From an uncultured bacterium (GTDB lineage: Bacteria; Chloroflexota; UBA5177; JANWHV01), in NCBI GenBank assembly GCA_963729625.1, contig CAVSOU010000017.1, forward strand, positions 224,001 to 288,000: DNA of 64,000 bases, in the 5' to 3' direction. Under the pieces are notes generated by a model that had not been told where the DNA came from, did not search any database, and saw only the letters and a list, made by a program, of their open reading frames with translations. The position numbers were made by a program, and so were the translations under genes. How positions within the stretch are numbered: the first letter of the stretch is position 1; each line of letters begins with the position of its first letter. Shown here piece by piece: positions 59,213-64,000 of the stretch.

Positions 59213-61153
59213 ATGCTATTCATGAAGTCTCACGGTAGCTTGCGGCTGGCACTCAGTGCGGCCCTCGTCGCGGGGAGCGTCGTCGCCGCAGCGCTACCGC
59301 AGGGATTCGCCGCTCGGGCGAGTTCCAGCGCGGCATCAGCGCAGATTGGGGAGAGTTCGCCACTCACCTTGTCCTCGACCACCGTATCAACCGGCGGCCA
59401 AGTCACGGCGACAGTCACGCTGCAGAACCAAGGCAGTGCCTCGATTGCGCTGACCGGCATCGTGTTCGCGACACGCACGCCCAGCGGCAGCAACGCCGAT
59501 TTCGGGGGCAAGTGGGCGACGACAACCCTCGCTGCCAGCCAGACAATCTCGCTTCAAGCGAGTCGAACATTCAGCTCCTCCGATCCTCTCGGCGTATGGA
59601 CGACCCACGCCAGCTATCGCACCAGTGACGGTGTATGGCACGATCTGGCGCCCACGTTGTCGCTAACAGTAGGCGCTCTGTCGGCGGCCGCGGTCCCGAC
59701 GCAGCCTGCGCCGACTGCCACGCAACCGGCGCCGACCGCCACACAGCCTGCGCCGACCGCGACTACTTCGGCGACGGCCCAAGTAGTGGAAAGCTCGCTG
59801 CTCAGCCTTGGCACGACAGCCGTGACCATCGGCGGTAACGTGAATGCAACGGTTACGCTGAAGAATCAGGGAGATGCATCGATCGTGTTGACAGGCATCG
59901 TGTTTGCGACGCGCACACCCAGTGGCAGCAACGCCGATTTCGGCGGCAACTGGGCGACCACGACGCTCGCTCCCAACCAGACTGTCTCGTTGCAGGCGAG
60001 CCGAACCTTCAGCAGCTCCGATCCGGTGGGCGCCTGGACGGTTGTCACCAGCTATCGCACGACTGACAACGTATGGCACGATGTTGCGCCTACACAGTCG
60101 CTCACGGTAAGCGCTCTCGCCTCAACCGCAATCGCGACACAGCCGACCGCCACGGCTACGAATCCGGCGCCACAGGCCACGGCTACAAAACCGGCGCCGA
60201 CGGCTACCGCGACGCAGCCAGCGGCCACCAAGCAGGCGCCCACCACGATCCAGCCGTCGCCTACGACCGCGGCCATTCCTTCCTCCGGCAACACCATCGC
60301 GCTTGGCGCCACGATTCACGACAACGGACTCTGGGTGGGTCCCGGTACCGGTTTGCTCGAGTCGTACGCCAACATGGTCGGCGGCATGCCCGCGATCGTG
60401 AACGCGGGCGGCGGTTCCGCCCTGAACGTTAACTTCGATCCCAATCTCGGGAACTACCTTATCAACAGCGGCACAGCGTTCATGTGGACCATGATGCCGT
60501 CGAGCACCGATGCGGCGGTTGTCAGCGGCACCTACGACAGCTACCTGCGTACGTTCGCCCAGGCGGTCAAGACATGGGGACAACCTTTCTACTTGCGCTT
60601 CGCTCATGAGGCTAACGGCAACTGGTATCCCTACGGCACCCAGGGTAGCCCCAGCGGGGATAGCCCGGCAGACTACGTCGCTATGTGGAAGCACGTGCAT
60701 GACATCTTCACCAGCGTTGGCGCCACGAACGTCCGCTGGGTGTGGTGCATGAACGTCACTGGAAGCGGCATGACTCCGTTCTCCTCGCTCTACCCGGGCG
60801 ATAACTACGTCGATTGGGTTGCGCTCGACGGGTATAACTGGGGCGGCAATCCAGGTCACACCTGGCAGTCGTTCTCCAGCGTGTTCGGCACCTCGTACCA
60901 GCAGATCACGGCGGTGACGAGCAAACCCTTGATGATTACGGAGACAGGCTCAGCTGAAGAGGGCGGCAGCAAGGCGGACTGGATCACGCAAGGCCTCCTG
61001 ACGACCATGCCGCAGTCATTCCCACGCATCAAGGCCCTGATGTGGTTCGATTGGGCCATGGAGCACGACTGGCGCGTCAATTCCTCCTCTGCGTCGCTGG
61101 CAGCCTTCAAGTCCGTGGTTGCCTCTCCGACATACAGCGGTTCGATGTCCTGA
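59213..61153 (+). CDS. Secreted GH26 hydrolase with two duplicated Ig-like N-terminal domains and Pro/Thr linkers
   Basis: LRFAHEANGNWYP, YPGDNYVDWVALDGYNW, ITETG; duplicated ~113-aa domains at ~59339-59680 and ~59777-60118. Confidence 0.88.
   Translation: MLFMKSHGSLRLALSAALVAGSVVAAALPQGFAARASSSAASAQIGESSPLTLSSTTVSTGGQVTATVTLQNQGSASIALTGIVFATRTPSGSNADFGGKWATTTLAASQTISLQASRTFSSSDPLGVWTTHASYRTSDGVWHDLAPTLSLTVGALSAAAVPTQPAPTATQPAPTATQPAPTATTSATAQVVESSLLSLGTTAVTIGGNVNATVTLKNQGDASIVLTGIVFATRTPSGSNADFGGNWATTTLAPNQTVSLQASRTFSSSDPVGAWTVVTSYRTTDNVWHDVAPTQSLTVSALASTAIATQPTATATNPAPQATATKPAPTATATQPAATKQAPTTIQPSPTTAAIPSSGNTIALGATIHDNGLWVGPGTGLLESYANMVGGMPAIVNAGGGSALNVNFDPNLGNYLINSGTAFMWTMMPSSTDAAVVSGTYDSYLRTFAQAVKTWGQPFYLRFAHEANGNWYPYGTQGSPSGDSPADYVAMWKHVHDIFTSVGATNVRWVWCMNVTGSGMTPFSSLYPGDNYVDWVALDGYNWGGNPGHTWQSFSSVFGTSYQQITAVTSKPLMITETGSAEEGGSKADWITQGLLTTMPQSFPRIKALMWFDWAMEHDWRVNSSSASLAAFKSVVASPTYSGSMS
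59696..59764 (+). repeat. In-frame 21-bp tandem repeat (TQPAPTA x3)
   Basis: Three degenerate 21-nt units in the linker. Confidence 0.75.
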
Positions 61154-61272
61154 GGGAACGGTTAGCCTCTGATCCCGGGCTGCCCGAGCGCGGCGCGCGC
61201 ACGGTTGGCTGACGGCAGCACAGTGCTTGGGGGACCATCGCGGGACCGGCGACGATGCCGGTCCCGCGCCGT

Positions 61273-62367
61273 TTACCCATTTGTCACATAACGAAACACG
61301 CCGAACTGCGTTGCGGCGAGCAAGGCGGGACTGGGGCCTGATGGATTTGCGGAGACTGCCAGGGCCAGGACCGTGTTTTCTACACCGGTCAGTCCACGAC
61401 CGAATGGCAGCCAGGCCGCGCTTTCCTGCCTGACGTAGACGCCGTAGCCCATAGTTCCGGCATAGAGCACGGGCCGGCCATGATTGGCGAGCGTGACCAA
61501 GGGCATGGCATGCCGCTCCGGCAGGCCCAGGCTGATGTCGTGCCAGCGGCTACCTGCCGAACGTTCCCACACGCCACCGCCCATGGTCGTCAGGATGACT
61601 TGAGGCGGCTCCGTGTCGAGCGCGAGAAGCGCCTGGGTGGGCAGCACCGCGGGAAGGCCGTCGGTCGCCGCGCTCCACGTCCGGCCGGCGTCGTCGCTGG
61701 CTAGCAGCGAGGGTGATTCACCGAACACGCTTGCAAGGGCTTCGCGCGAGCCCTCCGGAAACCACAGGATAGAGGAAATTGAGGCATCTCCGGTGCTTGC
61801 GGCATGCTGCCACTGCCATCCGCGCGCGCCTCGAGCGCCGCGGTACAGCGCTCCCGTCGTCCCGGCCAGTACCACCGGCGGCGCTCGTGAGACGGCGAGA
61901 CTGTACACCGGACTTGTGCCGAGGATCGGGCTAACCGGCTGCCACGATAGGCTGCCCAGGAGATCGCGGCCCGTGTAGACCGTGCCCGTATCGTCGCCGG
62001 CGTAGAGGTCGGAACTATCGGAGGCCATAGCCAGCGCGGTAATGAGATGGCCACGCATGCCGGCGCGCACCCATTGCACGCCGCCATCGTGTGAGCTCCA
62101 CACGCCGTCGTCAGTACCTGCGAGCAGCATGACAGGGTGTGTGGGGTCTGCCAGCAGGACGTTGGTCTGGAGCCGCAGGCTTGTCGCCGTCCACAGGCCG
62201 CCGGGAAGCGGCCCTGCCCATGCCGCGTGCGTAGCCGGCCGAGACATTCGGCCGGCTACGTCAAGGACGAGCGCCACGGCCACGGCCGCGGCAGCAAGCA
62301 GGAGCAAGAGTCGCCGGTGCGGGATACCGGCCCGATCGCGGGCGCTGCCTCCGCTACTCGAGGGCAT
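61273..62367 (-). CDS. Exported BNR/Asp-box beta-propeller-like protein
   Basis: N-terminal TM; S.DGG..W and SDDAGRTW boxes; repeated LLAGT/LYAGT. Confidence 0.7.
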   Translation of the reverse strand: MPSSSGGSARDRAGIPHRRLLLLLAAAAVAVALVLDVAGRMSRPATHAAWAGPLPGGLWTATSLRLQTNVLLADPTHPVMLLAGTDDGVWSSHDGGVQWVRAGMRGHLITALAMASDSSDLYAGDDTGTVYTGRDLLGSLSWQPVSPILGTSPVYSLAVSRAPPVVLAGTTGALYRGARGARGWQWQHAASTGDASISSILWFPEGSREALASVFGESPSLLASDDAGRTWSAATDGLPAVLPTQALLALDTEPPQVILTTMGGGVWERSAGSRWHDISLGLPERHAMPLVTLANHGRPVLYAGTMGYGVYVRQESAAWLPFGRGLTGVENTVLALAVSANPSGPSPALLAATQFGVFRYVTNG

Positions 62368-62382
62368 CTGCTATCCAGTACG

Positions 62383-63438
62383 TCAGGACGAGTACGTGAC
62401 CGAAGCAACCTTCGCGGTTGGTGACACGACGAACTTGTCCCACATACCGGCGAGCGCGTGTCCGGGAACGCCGCAAATCAGCATATACGTGCCGGCTTTA
62501 TTGGCAACAAACGAGAACGTGATCGGCGCATTTGTGCGAGGAGGGCCCCCGGCAGGCGTGCCTCCGGCGGCACCGGGTCGGAAGCGCGGGAAAGATGAGC
62601 GTGCGCCTGAGAACGCGGGGTTCACGCTGCGGCCCGGCGGCGTGGACATATACGGAATGACTACCACGTCGTGGGGCGTTCTCGAATTGTTCTTGAATGT
62701 AGCCATGACCGTAGATCCCAGCGGGACGGTCACTGTCATCTGGCCGTGCGCTCCGCCATTGAAGTTGAACCCGGCGTTCGCATTGTTCCATGCTGCCACG
62801 AGGGTGAGATCCACCACCTTACCCTTTGTGGTCACCCAGGTCGGCGCGTTGGCAGGAGGGGCTTCCGGCGAGGTTGCTGTTGTAGTACCGGCGGCATTAA
62901 ACGCTATACTCGCGGACTTGGCGGCAGAGGACACAACCAGCGTGTCCCACATGCCGGCCAGAGCATGCCCCGAGATGCCGCACGCGATCATATAGGTGCC
63001 GGCCTTGCTCGCCACGAATGAGAACGCCTCGGCTTTGGCCGCGCGCGCGCCAGGGGCGCTACCTGGACGGAACTGCGGCAACGGCGAAGCGGCGCCCGGG
63101 AACGCCGGCGTCACGGCGCTGCCTGGCGGATTCTTCTGGAAGGGAATGATCACCACGTCGTGCGGCGAGCCTGCCGCGTTGTTCATGAAGCTGGCTTCGA
63201 CCTTGTCTCCAAGCGGGACGGTGACGACCATCTGGCCGTGCGCCGCTCCGTTGAAGTTGAACCCCGCATTGACGTTATTCCAGCTTGCGATCAGCGTGAG
63301 GTGTACCACGGATCCTGCTGTGGTTACCCAGGTCGGCGTCTGAGTCGCCGCCCCCGCTCCTGCCGGGCCGACCGCGCCGGCGAGCATGACTCCCGCTATC
63401 AGCCCGCCCTGAATGCCGCGTATTCCTGTAGCCAACAT
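62383..63438 (-). CDS. Secreted tandem sulfocyanin-like (cupredoxin) blue-copper protein
   Basis: Two near-identical domains, each with FNFNG, PHD and C-G-x-x-G-H-A-x-x-G-M type-1 Cu ligands. Confidence 0.88.
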   Translation of the reverse strand: MLATGIRGIQGGLIAGVMLAGAVGPAGAGAATQTPTWVTTAGSVVHLTLIASWNNVNAGFNFNGAAHGQMVVTVPLGDKVEASFMNNAAGSPHDVVIIPFQKNPPGSAVTPAFPGAASPLPQFRPGSAPGARAAKAEAFSFVASKAGTYMIACGISGHALAGMWDTLVVSSAAKSASIAFNAAGTTTATSPEAPPANAPTWVTTKGKVVDLTLVAAWNNANAGFNFNGGAHGQMTVTVPLGSTVMATFKNNSRTPHDVVVIPYMSTPPGRSVNPAFSGARSSFPRFRPGAAGGTPAGGPPRTNAPITFSFVANKAGTYMLICGVPGHALAGMWDKFVVSPTAKVASVTYSS

Positions 63439-63622
63439 TCTTCTACAGTCCTCCACTCCCGTAACGGCCGGGCCCGTCGTGCGGTCGCGGCGAGAAAGCC
63501 GAACGCGCGCAACGACGGTCCTTGCCGCTCACTCCGTCTCATGTCACGGCCCACGCGGCGTGACTACTACATAAGCGTAGTAGGATGTCAGGTAAGGATC
63601 AACGGTCCAAGCTGCGTTACAA

Positions 63623-64000
63623 CTACTTCGAGGCGGCGGCAATACCGCCGGCCAGCTGTGCGTATGTTTGCTCGCCCGAGTTGGCATACCGGATGATGCC
63701 GTTCTTATCGAGCACGTAGATCGTGGGATAGCTGCTCGCATTGTAGGCGTTCACGGTGGTGAAGCTCGGATCGATCAGCGTTGGATGCTTGACGCCGAAG
63801 TTCTGGATGAACCAGTTTACATCGGGCTTGGTCACGACGGTGAGGTCCGTGCCGCCGCTGTTGTCGTAGTTCCTGCCATATGGACTGGCAAGAACCGCCA
63901 GCGTCCGCAAGCCGTTCGACCCATAGTTCTTGTCAACCTGGTTCAGGATGGTCGATTCGGCCTGGCAGTAGGGGCACCACACCGCGAAGAACTCGAGCAG
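63623..64000 (-). CDS. TlpA/ResA-like thioredoxin-fold protein (5' end outside the window)
   Basis: LLEFFAVWCPYC and YPTIYVLDKNG (cis-Pro loop). Confidence 0.85.
   Translation of the reverse strand: MLEFFAVWCPYCQAESTILNQVDKNYGSNGLRTLAVLASPYGRNYDNSGGTDLTVVTKPDVNWFIQNFGVKHPTLIDPSFTTVNAYNASSYPTIYVLDKNGIIRYANSGEQTYAQLAGGIAAASK

Noticed and set aside
59696-60270. CRISPR-like periodic repeats
   Set aside because: In-frame Pro/Thr/Ala linker repeats without unique spacers; no cas genes.

Overview
High-GC bacterial chromosomal window; gene style suggests a Chloroflexota-like soil organism (inference). The flanks carry nutrient and housekeeping loci. Left: a sugar-catabolism region (sugar SBP, LacI, PfkB kinase, an Opp-type ABC transporter, two Gfo/Idh/MocA dehydrogenases, two IolE/xylose-isomerase-like TIM barrels), a cold-shock gene, a Zur-regulated Znu operon and a secreted HExxH metallopeptidase. 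Right: a FecR/beta-helix protein, sugar and Opp ABC transporters, a GNAT, two divergent GH26 hydrolases, a tandem sulfocyanin-like copper protein and a thioredoxin-like protein. The centre (~21.4-42.5 kb) is an anti-phage island built on a rearranged class I DISARM. drmA-drmB run leftward and are followed by a NurA-HerA nuclease/ATPase pair in the place of the missing drmC. A HicAB pair sits in the middle. drmD-drmMI run rightward, followed by a UG/Abi-type reverse transcriptase, a CBS-HEPN protein, a chimeric gmrSD/drmMI stub and a DUF3644 HEPN gene. A 111-bp copy of the drmMI 3' end brackets the RT + CBS-HEPN cassette. Scattered single-base frameshifts (opp operon 1, Gfo, drmMI, CBS-HEPN) may be assembly errors. 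No tRNA, rRNA, CRISPR array, integrase or transposase was recognised.
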